Source of the DNA: Verrucomicrobiota bacterium
Lineage (GTDB): Bacteria > Chlamydiota > Chlamydiia > Chlamydiales > SM23-39
Direction of reading: 5' to 3'
Assembly (NCBI GenBank): GCA_018239895.1
Contig: JAFEGL010000045.1
Coordinates: 72,656-136,655, forward strand
DNA: 64,000 nt
The position numbers were made by a program, and so were the translations under genes. This document shows, piece after piece, positions 54,437 to 63,859 of this stretch. Every line of letters starts with the position of its first letter. The first letter of the stretch is position 1. The notes beneath the pieces are model-generated. The model ran no database searches. It had not been told where the DNA came from and was given only the letters and a program-made list of their open reading frames with translations.

Positions 54437-55135
54437 TCACACATTCAAAAGTCCCAGTTTAAGGAAGTTGTCTTTCAACGCTGCGTTCTCTTTTTTGTCC
54501 AAAGCGCCGTTTTTGGAGAGCCAGTCGACATAGTCTTTGGGGACATCGGAGAGGGGTTTGCCCGCATACTTTCCGAATGGCATCCGGGAGATCTGAGAGG
54601 ATTGGCTGATGAGCCGGAGGACATCTTCCCAAGTGAGATCGTCGATGAGTCGGCTAAATACTTGGTGGAGCACCATCACGTCGTCGAGGGCCCGGTGGGC
54701 CTGGTTGGCCTCGATTCCAAAAGCCTCTCGGAGGAATTGGAGGGAGTGGCGGGGGAGGTCGGGCCGGTATTTGCGGGACCACTTGAGGGTGTCGAGGTAG
54801 AGCCAATTCGGCATGGCGAAGCCCGCCTTGCCATACTCATATTCTAAAAATAGCTTGTCAAAGCTGTCGTTGTTGTGGGCGATGAGGACCACCTCGCCCG
54901 AGCAAAACTCAGTGAAGAGGGGAGCCACTTTCGAGAAGAGGGGGGCGTCCTTTACCATGTCGTCTGTGATGCCGCAGATGGCGGACGATTCTGGGGGGAT
55001 GGGTCCTTCCGGGTAGACAAAACTGCAAAAAGTCTTATCTCTTTCGGGATCGTAGGCGGCAATTTCGATGATCCTGTCCTTGCCTGCCTTAACGCCGGTA
55101 GTTTCTGTGTCGTAGTAAATGGGTCTCGGTGCCAT
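54437..55135 (-). CDS. DEDDh 3'-5' exonuclease (DnaQ/epsilon-like) with a C-terminal DUF3820-like tail
   Basis: YYDTETTGV...IIEIAA (ExoI), AHNNDSFD (ExoII) and HRALDD (ExoIII). The C-terminus is MPFGKYAGKPLSDVPKDYVDWL. The start is taken at MAPRPIYYD. Confidence 0.85.
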   Translation of the reverse strand: MAPRPIYYDTETTGVKAGKDRIIEIAAYDPERDKTFCSFVYPEGPIPPESSAICGITDDMVKDAPLFSKVAPLFTEFCSGEVVLIAHNNDSFDKLFLEYEYGKAGFAMPNWLYLDTLKWSRKYRPDLPRHSLQFLREAFGIEANQAHRALDDVMVLHQVFSRLIDDLTWEDVLRLISQSSQISRMPFGKYAGKPLSDVPKDYVDWLSKNGALDKKENAALKDNFLKLGLLNV

Positions 55136-55436
55136 AAAAATCTTCCGTAAAGCCCCCAATGAAACCGAATTTATTGATTTAATGCAATGGGGTGGATACC
55201 AAGAGTGATTGAAAAATTGGTAAATAGCAAGAAGGCGCCCGATATTTGAGCCAAGCGGCAGCCGGTGCCGAAGCAGCCCAACTAGTAAGTTGGGCGATGC
55301 AGGCAGGTTCAAATGTCGTGGCTGCCCGACGCAGATAAAACCAATTTTTAAATAGCGAGCGGTATTAATGTTTCCCTTCTCATTTTCTCAGGTTTTGGGT
55401 ATTCTCGAGGGCAGCTAATTTGAAAAAAGAGTGTTT

Positions 55437-55604
55437 ATGAAGCGCTACCTTTTCTTCATCCTACCTTTGCTGGCCCTGACTAGCTGCTTTCAAATCTACG
55501 ACGATGAAAATGACTTCAGGACGGTCCCTGTCACCAATAATCCCCATGTAGTCCCCAGCCATGGTTCCGGAATGCCCGGCGGCGCGGCGGCAGGACCTTC
55601 ATAG
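55437..55604 (+). CDS. small putative lipoprotein (55 aa)
   Basis: Hand-translated: MKRYLFFILPLLALTSCFQIYDDEN..., with a lipobox L-T-S-C. It is below the 60-aa cutoff of the ORF track. Confidence 0.4.
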   Translation: MKRYLFFILPLLALTSCFQIYDDENDFRTVPVTNNPHVVPSHGSGMPGGAAAGPS

Positions 55605-55645
55605 CTTTCCACTAATGTGAGCGTCTGGTATACGCCGGAAATAGG

Positions 55646-56686
55646 ATGAATATGAAGAGAAGCAAGAGCGCAGAGTACCATTACTTTCCCTTCGACCGGG
55701 AGAAGATCATTCAGGAGTTGGGGCGCGATAAACTGATCGAGCAGCTCACCAAGATGCTCCTGATCCGGAATTTCGAAATCCGGGGCGAGTCTGCCTATCA
55801 GCAAGGAAAGGTGGGGGGATTCTACCACTCCTACATGGGACAAGAGGCGATCCAGGTCGGCTGCGTTGCGGCCGCTGGGGTCGACAACTGGTATACGACG
55901 ACGTATAGGTGCCACGCCTTGGCCCTCCTTCTGAACGCCACCCCAAACGAAATCATGGCTGAGCTCTACGGCCGATCTACTGGCAATGCCGGCGGCAAAG
56001 GGGGCTCGATGCACATCTACGCCGAGCATCTCCTCGGCGGCCTCGCAATTGTCGGGGGCCACGTGCCAATCGCAACGGGAGCTGCCTTCAGCATCAAATA
56101 CCAAAAGAAAAAGAATTGGGCCTCGTTTTGCTTCATGGGCGATGGAGCTGTCGTTCAAGGCGCCGTCCACGAATCGCTCAATTTAGCTGCACTCTGGAAC
56201 CTTCCCTGCCTCTACGTAGTCGAAAATAACCAGTGGGGCATGGGGACCGCCGTCCAACGGGCTGTCGCTGTCGAGCCGATCGCCGAAAATTTTGCCAAGA
56301 GCTACGGAATTAAATCCTACACATTCGACGGGATGGATTTTTTCAGCTGCTACGCCGGATTTAAAGAGGCCTATCACGAAGTTCTCAAAACATCTCGCCC
56401 AGTTCTCATCGAAGCTGTCGCCGAGAGATTTAGAGGCCACTCGATCTCCGATCCAGCTCTCTACCGATCGAAAGACGATTTGCAAAAGACGATGGAGCGC
56501 GATCCGATCCTCCTCTTAAGAAACGTCCTCATCGAAAAGGGGATGCTCGATGAGGAGACATTTAAAGAAATCGACAAAGTGCAAAAGGATATTGTTGTAG
56601 CCGCTATGAAATTTGCCGACGAGAGCCCATGGCCCGATCCGATGACGTTAGAAGAGGGCGTTTTTGCTCCTGAAGAGGGGAGCTGA
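55646..56686 (+). CDS. pdhA: pyruvate (2-oxoacid) dehydrogenase E1 component, alpha subunit
   Basis: YRCHA, the GDGA TPP-binding region, and RFRGHSISDP. Confidence 0.9.
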   Translation: MNMKRSKSAEYHYFPFDREKIIQELGRDKLIEQLTKMLLIRNFEIRGESAYQQGKVGGFYHSYMGQEAIQVGCVAAAGVDNWYTTTYRCHALALLLNATPNEIMAELYGRSTGNAGGKGGSMHIYAEHLLGGLAIVGGHVPIATGAAFSIKYQKKKNWASFCFMGDGAVVQGAVHESLNLAALWNLPCLYVVENNQWGMGTAVQRAVAVEPIAENFAKSYGIKSYTFDGMDFFSCYAGFKEAYHEVLKTSRPVLIEAVAERFRGHSISDPALYRSKDDLQKTMERDPILLLRNVLIEKGMLDEETFKEIDKVQKDIVVAAMKFADESPWPDPMTLEEGVFAPEEGS

Positions 56687-56687
56687 T

Positions 56688-57668
56688 ATGGGAACTCAAG
56701 TCGTTGAAATCCGAGAAGCTTTGAGACAAGCGATCGATGAAGAGATGACTCGCGATGACCGGGTCTTCATCCTCGGCGAAGAGGTTGCAGAATATAACGG
56801 CGCTTACAAAGTCACAAAAGGGATGCTGGCCAAATGGGGACCTGAGCGGGTGATCGATACACCGATCGCCGAAACGGGATTTGCAGGACTTGCCATCGGC
56901 GCCGCCCAAACGGGGCTTCGGCCGATCGTCGAGTTCATGAGCTGGAACTTTTCTTTCGTCGCCGCCGACCAATTGATCTCGAATGCCTGCAAAGCCTACT
57001 ACATGTCGAACGGCCGTTTTAAAGTTCCAATCGTCTTCCGCGGCCCGAACGGCGCCGCAGCCCAAGTATCCTGCCAACACTCCCACTGCGTCGAGGCGAT
57101 CTACGGCCACCTCCCTGGCTTCATCGTCATCGCTCCAGGCAACGCCTACGATGCCAAGGGGCTCCTCAAGTCGGCCATCCGCTCCAACAATCCTGTTATT
57201 TTCCTAGAAAATGAGCTCGACTACGGCGAAAAGATGGAGATCCCGACCGAGGAATACCTTGTCCCGATTGGAAAAGCCAAGGTCGTCAAAGAGGGGAAAC
57301 ATGTGACCCTCATCTCCTACTCTCGGATGCTCAAGTTCTGCCGCCAAGCGGCTGAAGAACTGGCGAAAAAGGGGATCCAGGTCGAGATCATCGACTTAAG
57401 AACCATCAAGCCTCTCGATATAGCGACCGTGGCGGCCTCCGTCCGGAAGACCCACCGGTGCGTCCTCGTCGAAGAGGGGCATATCTTCGCCGGCATCTCG
57501 GCCGAGCTCGGCTTTCAAATCATGGAGCATTGCTTCGATGATCTCGATGCGCCCCTCATCCGGGTGTGCCAGCGGGAGACCCCGATGCCTTACGCCAAAG
57601 TCCTTGAACGGGAGACCCTCCCCAATAAGGACCGAATCCTCGCCGCCCTCGAAGAAGTACTGAGATAG
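56688..57668 (+). CDS. pdhB: pyruvate (2-oxoacid) dehydrogenase E1 component, beta subunit
   Basis: VIDTPIAETGFAG and NPVIFLENE. The ATG lies 1 nt after the pdhA stop. Confidence 0.9.
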   Translation: MGTQVVEIREALRQAIDEEMTRDDRVFILGEEVAEYNGAYKVTKGMLAKWGPERVIDTPIAETGFAGLAIGAAQTGLRPIVEFMSWNFSFVAADQLISNACKAYYMSNGRFKVPIVFRGPNGAAAQVSCQHSHCVEAIYGHLPGFIVIAPGNAYDAKGLLKSAIRSNNPVIFLENELDYGEKMEIPTEEYLVPIGKAKVVKEGKHVTLISYSRMLKFCRQAAEELAKKGIQVEIIDLRTIKPLDIATVAASVRKTHRCVLVEEGHIFAGISAELGFQIMEHCFDDLDAPLIRVCQRETPMPYAKVLERETLPNKDRILAALEEVLR

Positions 57669-57696
57669 CTCTTAGATAAGTCGGAAGCCCTAAACA

Positions 57697-57846
57697 TGTA
57701 ATGCAGAAACCTAACCCGTGGAAGGGGGCAATCTGCTGCGTCGCCCTGCATCGACAACCCCATAAAGGGGTTGCCTGCTTCGGGAACCCCCTGCGGGGCT
57801 CCTTGCATATTACCCTCTTGCACGGGTTAGGTTTCTGCATTACATA
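57697..57846. mobile_element. MITE-like element: perfect 25-bp terminal inverted repeats around 100 bp of internally palindromic sequence
   Basis: atgtaatgcagaaacctaacccgtg (57697-57721) is the exact reverse complement of cacgggttaggtttctgcattacat (57822-57846). The interior contains aaccccataaaggggtt and ccccctgcgggg hairpins. It has no coding capacity. Confidence 0.6.
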
Positions 57847-57925
57847 TTAAGGACTACCGATAATTCTTGAACAATAATTACTCATGTTGCATGTGTGACT
57901 TAGAGATCTAAGGAGACATGCAACC

Positions 57926-59143
57926 ATGAAGAAGCTACTCGCAACATTGCAGGTGCTGGCGCTATGCAGTTTAGCTGCGCAAGATGAACAAGCCGCCCAA
58001 TCGCAAGATTTAATGAAAAAATCAGACCCTTGTAAGACAGAGTGCAAAGACCCTTGCGCCTGTTTTGAAAAAGGGGACGACCCTCTCGAAAAAACCCCCA
58101 TGAGTTGCAAGGGGTACGCCGCCTATAACTATCCTGCCAACATCAAAGTAGATAAATGCTGGGATTTCTTCATCGACGGCTCCTACCTTTATTGGTACTC
58201 AAATGAAGATGGACTCAATATCGGCTCTTACCAAGCTATGAATCCGACTACATTGCTTGTCAGTCTGCCAGTTGTAAATGGTTTTGAAGCGACTCACCAT
58301 CCCACCTACAAGAACGGGTTTAAAGTGAATGTCGGCTGTAACTTGAACAATGACGATTGGGTCATGGATTTAGGCTACACCTGGTATCGGAGCACGACAA
58401 CGACCCTCCATGCGGCTCCAACTCCCTCAACGACGCAAGGCGGCGCTACAACTGGAGTGTTCGCTCTTTCGAATTGGTACTTTCAAACCAATACAAACAA
58501 CCAGTTCCCAGCAGCGACTGTCGTCAATTCCGAGTGGAAATTGGGGCTTGATTGGCTCGACTGGATGTTTAGCCGTCCATTCTATCAAGGGCGCAAGCTC
58601 ACTGTAATCCCCTCAGGCGGTCTCCGCGGTTCTTGGATTCGGCAGAGTTTCTTGCTTACCTCGAACATTGCGAACTTTGATACGAGCACACTCTCTCCGC
58701 AGATTGGAGCCCATTCGCATAACCACTACAATTCTTGGGCTGTCGGTCCTCGCGGTTTAGTTGAAACGCACTGGATTTTAGGTGCAGGGTTTAGAGGGCA
58801 AGGGAGTTTTGGTGGAAGCCTTCTCTATACTCGATATACAAAGATTTATCACCAAGAAGACCAATTGCCCACATCTGGAACAGCTCTTGGTCATCCTGTA
58901 ACGTACAAATACAGCAATCTGAGCACGCTTCGCCCGATGATTGAGGCAAATTTAGGTATTGGCTTCGGCAGCTATTTTATGAAGAAAAGATATCACTTCG
59001 ATTTGAGCGCGACCTACGACTTTAACTATTTGTTCTTCCAGAACATGCTTCAATACGTCGCCGATCTAAACGTTTTGGGCAACGGAACACCAGGCAATCT
59101 TTATCTCCATGGCCTGACAGTTAAAACCCGCTTCGACTTCTAA
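57926..59143 (+). CDS. MOMP-like outer-membrane porin with a Cys-rich N-terminal segment
   Basis: Signal peptide MKKLLATLQVLALCSLAAQ, CKTECKDPCACF, a beta-strand-rich body and a terminal Phe (TRFDF). Confidence 0.8.
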   Translation: MKKLLATLQVLALCSLAAQDEQAAQSQDLMKKSDPCKTECKDPCACFEKGDDPLEKTPMSCKGYAAYNYPANIKVDKCWDFFIDGSYLYWYSNEDGLNIGSYQAMNPTTLLVSLPVVNGFEATHHPTYKNGFKVNVGCNLNNDDWVMDLGYTWYRSTTTTLHAAPTPSTTQGGATTGVFALSNWYFQTNTNNQFPAATVVNSEWKLGLDWLDWMFSRPFYQGRKLTVIPSGGLRGSWIRQSFLLTSNIANFDTSTLSPQIGAHSHNHYNSWAVGPRGLVETHWILGAGFRGQGSFGGSLLYTRYTKIYHQEDQLPTSGTALGHPVTYKYSNLSTLRPMIEANLGIGFGSYFMKKRYHFDLSATYDFNYLFFQNMLQYVADLNVLGNGTPGNLYLHGLTVKTRFDF

Positions 59144-59148
59144 AATAC

Positions 59149-59181
59149 GATCCTGCGCCGTTTCGGCGCAGGATCTCTTTT
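59149..59181 (+). terminator. rho-independent terminator of the porin gene
   Basis: gatcctgcgccg-tttc-ggcgcaggatc followed by tctttt, 5 nt after the stop. Confidence 0.8.
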
Positions 59182-59244
59182 GAAATTATTTAGTTAAATC
59201 AGACGAGGGATTCCTCACGATTTACGTCGACAAAGCTCCTTCCC

Positions 59245-59259
59245 GCTGCCATAGGCAGC
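59245..59259. repeat. REP-like palindrome gctgcc-ata-ggcagc
   Basis: It has the same core as the palindromes at 868, 1450 and 31455. It lies between convergent genes. Confidence 0.5.
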
Positions 59260-59290
59260 AGGAAAAGAGAGAGTGCCTAGGCTAGTCCGA

Positions 59291-61174
59291 CTACGATTTC
59301 TTCTTAGTGGGAGTGATCTTTTTCACTTTTTGGTTCGAGACGCGGGTGCCGCGGGTTTGGGCCCCTTTTACGATGTAGTCTTTGAGAGAGAAAGTCTCCT
59401 TTTTCGAGCCGGTGAACTGGAGCTCGAGCTGAGTCTCAGGGTTCGTTGAGATGTGTTCGAGTTGGCTCCCTTCATCGAGGTAGCGGTACGGCTTGTCGAG
59501 GATGTACTTGTCGACGATGAACCGCTTGGCCCAAACTTGTCCCGTTTGGGTATTTTTGTAGACAACGTTGAGGACCGTCTTCTTGTCGGCGATTCCGACC
59601 CAGACGAGGTTTTCGAAGTAGAGCTTCTCAGGGATATTGATCACTTTGTAGGAGCCGTCTTTCGAGATGAGAAGGAGCTTGTCGAAATTGGTCGCCTCGA
59701 TTTGGTTCGGGCCTGATACTTTCGTTCCGACAAACCCTTTTTCAACGTCGTAGCCGATCTTGATCTCTTTCGTCTCAATGGCGCGCCGGTCGACCTCTTC
59801 GATCGAGCGGATCCGGGTTTTTCGAGGGAATTCGGGGCCGTATTTGGCCAGGAGCTTTTTGAGATAGCCGATGGCGTATTTCCGGACGTTTTTCAGGTTC
59901 TTTTCGACTTCGGCGAGGTTTTCTTCGAGAAGGGCGATCTCCTCTTTGTTCCGGTCGATGTCGAATTGGGAGATGCGCCGGATCGGGATCTGAAGGAGCC
60001 TATCTCGGTCATCCTGGTTTGGTTCGCGGATGAGCTTTTTTCGGAACGGCTTGAACGACTCTTCGAGGGTTTCGTGGATCCCTTCGAGGGTTTTTACGTT
60101 CTCGATCTTTTTGTAGATCCGATTCTCGATGAAGATCCGCTCGAGGGTCTTGTAGAAGATCTTTTCAAGGAGTCTTTGCTGCTCGATCTCGAGTTCTTTG
60201 CGGAGGAACTCGACGAGCTTTTCGGCATTGTAGGCCAAGATCTCATGGACGTCGGTCTCCCAGGGAAAGCCGTCTTTGATCACCGTGACTTGAGAGCTGA
60301 TGGTGACTTCGCATTCGGTAAATCCGTAGAGGGCCTCGAGGATCTCCTCGGCGTATTGGCCGCGGGGAAGTTTGATTTCGATCTCGACGTTCTTAGAGGT
60401 GTAGTCGTTGATCTCTTCGATCTTGATTTTACCCCGCTTGGCCGCCTCGTCGATGGACCGGATGAGGCTCTCAGAGGTGGTGCCGTAGCAAATCTCTCGG
60501 ATCACGAGGGTTTTGGGGTCTTTGATGTCGATCTTGGCGCGGACTTTGACTTTGCCTCGACCTTTGTCGTATTGGCTCTTATCGAGGATGCCGCCGGTCG
60601 GGAAATCGGGGAAGATTTTGAAGATTCTCCCTTCGAGGTGGGCGATTTCGGCTTCGAGCAGCTCGGAGAAATTGTGGGGGAGGATGTGGGTCGCCATGCC
60701 GACCGCGATCCCGTCGACCCCTTGCATCAGAAGGAGGGGGATTTTGGCGGGGAGGACAACCGGTTCCATGTTGCGCCCATCGTAGGAGGGGACTTTCTCG
60801 GTGATGTCGGGGTTGAAAAGGGTCTCTCGAGCAAGCGGCGAGAGGCGGGTCTCGATGTAGCGGGCTGCAGCCGATGGGTCGCCGGTGAAGATGTTTCCAA
60901 AGTTCCCTTGCCGGTCGAGGATGTAGCCTTTATTGGCGAGGGTGACGAGGGCTTCGTAGATCGGGGCGTCGCCGTGGGGATGGAGCTGCATCGCCTGGCC
61001 GACGATGTTGGCGACTTTGTGGAGCTTGTCGTCGTTTTGTTTGAAGAGGGTTTCGAGGATCCGCCGCTGAACGGGCTTGAGGCCGTCGACGACGTTGGGG
61101 ATGGCGCGGTCGAGGATGACGTAGGAGGCGTACTTGATGAAGTGATCCTTCATCTGGTTTTTCAGATCATCCAT
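59291..61174 (-). CDS. parC: type IIA topoisomerase subunit A, short form (ParC / chlamydial GyrA_2-like)
   Basis: DGLKPVQRRIL and the active-site region AAARYIETRL. At 627 aa it is much shorter than canonical GyrA. Confidence 0.85.
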   Translation of the reverse strand: MDDLKNQMKDHFIKYASYVILDRAIPNVVDGLKPVQRRILETLFKQNDDKLHKVANIVGQAMQLHPHGDAPIYEALVTLANKGYILDRQGNFGNIFTGDPSAAARYIETRLSPLARETLFNPDITEKVPSYDGRNMEPVVLPAKIPLLLMQGVDGIAVGMATHILPHNFSELLEAEIAHLEGRIFKIFPDFPTGGILDKSQYDKGRGKVKVRAKIDIKDPKTLVIREICYGTTSESLIRSIDEAAKRGKIKIEEINDYTSKNVEIEIKLPRGQYAEEILEALYGFTECEVTISSQVTVIKDGFPWETDVHEILAYNAEKLVEFLRKELEIEQQRLLEKIFYKTLERIFIENRIYKKIENVKTLEGIHETLEESFKPFRKKLIREPNQDDRDRLLQIPIRRISQFDIDRNKEEIALLEENLAEVEKNLKNVRKYAIGYLKKLLAKYGPEFPRKTRIRSIEEVDRRAIETKEIKIGYDVEKGFVGTKVSGPNQIEATNFDKLLLISKDGSYKVINIPEKLYFENLVWVGIADKKTVLNVVYKNTQTGQVWAKRFIVDKYILDKPYRYLDEGSQLEHISTNPETQLELQFTGSKKETFSLKDYIVKGAQTRGTRVSNQKVKKITPTKKKS

Positions 61175-62987
61175 TGTCTATCTCTAGATTTTGCATGATG
61201 AAGTTTTTCCGGGCCGGAGTATTTTTCCCCATGTAGAATTCAAGGGTCGGCTTGACGTCGGAGAGGTTTTGGACAATGACGGGGATCAGTCTAATGTCTT
61301 TGCTGATGAACTGTTTGAATTCGTCGGGGGAGATCTCGCCGAGTCCTTTGAACCGGGTGATCTCGATCCCTTTTTTGAGCTCTTGGGCCGCTTTTTCTTT
61401 TTCCTCTTCGGAGTAGCAGTAGATCGTCTTCTCTTTGTTTCTCACTTTGAAGAGGGGAGTTTCTAAGATGTAGAGGTGGCCGTTCATCACGAGCCCTTCG
61501 AAGTAGGTGAGAAAGAAGGTGGTCAAAAGGTTTCTGATGTGCATCCCGTCGACGTCGGCATCGGTGGCCAAGATGACCTTTTTGTAGCGGAGGTTCGCCA
61601 CATCTTCCTCAATGTTGAGGGCCGACATGAGGTTGTACATCTCTTCGTTTTTATAGAGGAGCTCGATCTTCATCCCATGGACGTTGAGCGGTTTTCCTCG
61701 CAGGGAGAAGACAGCTTGGGTTAGAGGGTCTCTCGTCATGACGATCGATGCGGAGGCCGAGTCCCCCTCGGTGAGGAAGATCATCGAATTTTCCCCCTCT
61801 TTCGATCCGTCGCCGAAGTGGTACTTTGAGTCGCGGAGCTTCGGGATTTTGAAGGAGATCTTCTTTTGCTTCTCTTTCGCCTCTTTTTTGACGGCGGCGA
61901 GCTCTTTTCTCAGCTTCTCGTTGAACTGGATCTTTTCGAGGATCTTTTTCGCTACGTCTTCGTGTTTGTAGAGGAGAGTTTGGACGGCGTCTTTCACTTC
62001 TTGGATGATGGGGCCGCGGATTTCGTTGTTGCCGAGCTTATTCTTGGTTTGGGATTCGAAGACCGGATCTTTCACTTTGACGAGGATCGTCCCGACGATC
62101 CCTTCGCGGACGTCGAGCCCTTGGAAGTTTTTTTTCGAAAAGTCGTTGATCCCTTTCAAGATCCCTTCCCGGAAAGCCGAGAGGTGGGTCCCTCCGTCGT
62201 GGGTATACTGCCCGTTGACGAAGGAGAAGTAGGTTTCGCCGTAGCTCGAGGAGTGGAGGAAGGCGAATTCGATGTGTTTGCCCCGGTAGTGGAGCGGTTC
62301 GTAGAGCCGATCTTCTTTTACCTCTTCGTTCAGAAGATCGAGAAGGCCGTTTTTGGAGGCGATCCCTTGCCCGTTGAACGTCAGAGTGAGCCCCACATTC
62401 AAGTAGGCGTAATGCCAGAGCCGCTTGAGAATAAGCTCTTTTTGGAAGGAGTACTTTTTGAAGATGGCGGCGTCGGGAGTGAACTCGATGAATGTGCCGG
62501 TCTCCTCTTTCGTTTTCCCTTTTTTCTTGTTCTTGAGTTTCCCTTGGGCAAACTCGACCTCGATGAACTCGCCGTCTCGGACGCTTTTAACGGTGAAGCT
62601 GGAGGAGAGGGCGTTGACCGCTTTGAGGCCGACCCCGTTTAGGCCGACAGAGAACTGGAAGACGTCGTCGTTGTATTTGGCCCCGGTGTTGATCTGGCTG
62701 ACGCACTCGATCACTTTGCCGAGAGGGATGCCCCGGCCCCAGTCTCTTACAGAGACGGTCGAGGTTTTTTCGTTGAGATCGATCTCGATCTTTTTCCCGT
62801 TGCCCATGATGAACTCGTCGACCGAGTTGTCGATCGCCTCTTTGAGCATCACGTAGATCCCGTCGTCGGGGTGGGTCCCGTCGCCGAGGCGTCCGATGTA
62901 CATCCCCGAGCGGAGTCGGATGTGGGCGAGCGGATCAAGGGAGAGTACGGCGCTTTCGTCGTATTTCTTAGCCATATCCAAGCTCAT
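61167..62987 (-). CDS. parE: type IIA topoisomerase subunit B (ParE / chlamydial GyrB_2-like)
   Basis: GHKL ATPase motifs (EAIDNSVDE, GLNGVG) and the TOPRIM motifs EGDSA and DADVDG. 8-nt overlap with parC. An alternative start is at 62975. Confidence 0.88.
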   Translation of the reverse strand: MSLDMAKKYDESAVLSLDPLAHIRLRSGMYIGRLGDGTHPDDGIYVMLKEAIDNSVDEFIMGNGKKIEIDLNEKTSTVSVRDWGRGIPLGKVIECVSQINTGAKYNDDVFQFSVGLNGVGLKAVNALSSSFTVKSVRDGEFIEVEFAQGKLKNKKKGKTKEETGTFIEFTPDAAIFKKYSFQKELILKRLWHYAYLNVGLTLTFNGQGIASKNGLLDLLNEEVKEDRLYEPLHYRGKHIEFAFLHSSSYGETYFSFVNGQYTHDGGTHLSAFREGILKGINDFSKKNFQGLDVREGIVGTILVKVKDPVFESQTKNKLGNNEIRGPIIQEVKDAVQTLLYKHEDVAKKILEKIQFNEKLRKELAAVKKEAKEKQKKISFKIPKLRDSKYHFGDGSKEGENSMIFLTEGDSASASIVMTRDPLTQAVFSLRGKPLNVHGMKIELLYKNEEMYNLMSALNIEEDVANLRYKKVILATDADVDGMHIRNLLTTFFLTYFEGLVMNGHLYILETPLFKVRNKEKTIYCYSEEEKEKAAQELKKGIEITRFKGLGEISPDEFKQFISKDIRLIPVIVQNLSDVKPTLEFYMGKNTPARKNFIMQNLEIDNG

Positions 62988-62988
62988 A

Positions 62989-63858
62989 TCACGTTCCGCC
63001 TACCCAGGTCAATTCATGCTTATTGTGGAAAAGATGAAAAATCTTGCTCCCCTCGATTTTTTCGAATTCTCGAATTGTTGCATAGTCCTCATTTCCTTGG
63101 AATTTGATCGTGCAGACCATTTTTGTCCGGCCCCAGCGGGGAATCCACTCGAGAAGTTTTTGAGGATAGCAAATCGCGTCTGAAAATACCCAGTCGAGGG
63201 GCGGAAGATCTTCGGGACCCAATGAAAAAGCGTCCCTTTTCAAAAAGGCGACGTTGGGAAGCGCGGCAATTTTAGGATCGAGATCGGCCCGATCGACGGC
63301 GATCACCTCGGCTCCCAAGCGATTCAGCGCCCAGGTCCAGCTTCCGGGGCTCGCTCCGATCTCGAGACATCTCTCGCCCGGCTGCGGCCTCACCCCGATC
63401 AGAGTCAAGATCTCCCAGAGTTTGAGATACGCCCGGCTCGGCGGCTCTTTCGTCTCTTGGAAGTGGACCTCGCCGTGCGCGAATGGACTCGAGCAATGGG
63501 CCGAAGCTAAAATGGTGTTTTCATCGATGAGCGTCCAAGAACCGAGCGGCGCCGTTGGCAAAGGGGTTGGAAACAGGATCGGTTTGGGGGCGAAGTAGGG
63601 GAGTTGCTCCGCAATCAGCTGCCCTCTCCGGATATGCGAATAGGGATAGTAGGCCCACAGTTTTTGGAGCGCCTTGAGTTTTTTCGCCCCGTCAGAAATC
63701 GATGTGAACGGGATGATTTGGGCATCGTGCCAGATATTTTGGGCGAAGTGGGACTCTCCTTCTCCGAGAAAAAGCCTCCCGTAGCGTCTCTTGATATTTT
63801 TCAATTCCCGTTCGAGCGTCTCTTCCAATCCTGGCGGCGCGAGATAACCGTTCAACAT
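62989..63858 (-). CDS. RlmM-like SAM-dependent rRNA 2'-O-methyltransferase
   Basis: CLEIGASPGSWTWAL (SAM motif I), VIAVDRADL and DWVFSDAICYP resemble RlmM/FtsJ-type methyltransferases. Confidence 0.7.
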   Translation of the reverse strand: MLNGYLAPPGLEETLERELKNIKRRYGRLFLGEGESHFAQNIWHDAQIIPFTSISDGAKKLKALQKLWAYYPYSHIRRGQLIAEQLPYFAPKPILFPTPLPTAPLGSWTLIDENTILASAHCSSPFAHGEVHFQETKEPPSRAYLKLWEILTLIGVRPQPGERCLEIGASPGSWTWALNRLGAEVIAVDRADLDPKIAALPNVAFLKRDAFSLGPEDLPPLDWVFSDAICYPQKLLEWIPRWGRTKMVCTIKFQGNEDYATIREFEKIEGSKIFHLFHNKHELTWVGGT

Positions 63859-63859
63859 T

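Noticed and set aside
55225-55330. tRNA-like segment (contains GGTTCAAAT)
   Set aside because: The flanking bases do not form a T-stem (gcagg vs gtcgt), and no acceptor, D or anticodon arms can be drawn. No tRNA or rRNA could be supported anywhere in the window.
59966-62642. Long plus-strand ORFs (59966-61198, 61866-62642 and smaller ones)
   Set aside because: They are antisense to the parC/parE-like genes. Their Asp/Glu/Gly/Val-rich composition with no motifs marks them as shadow ORFs.
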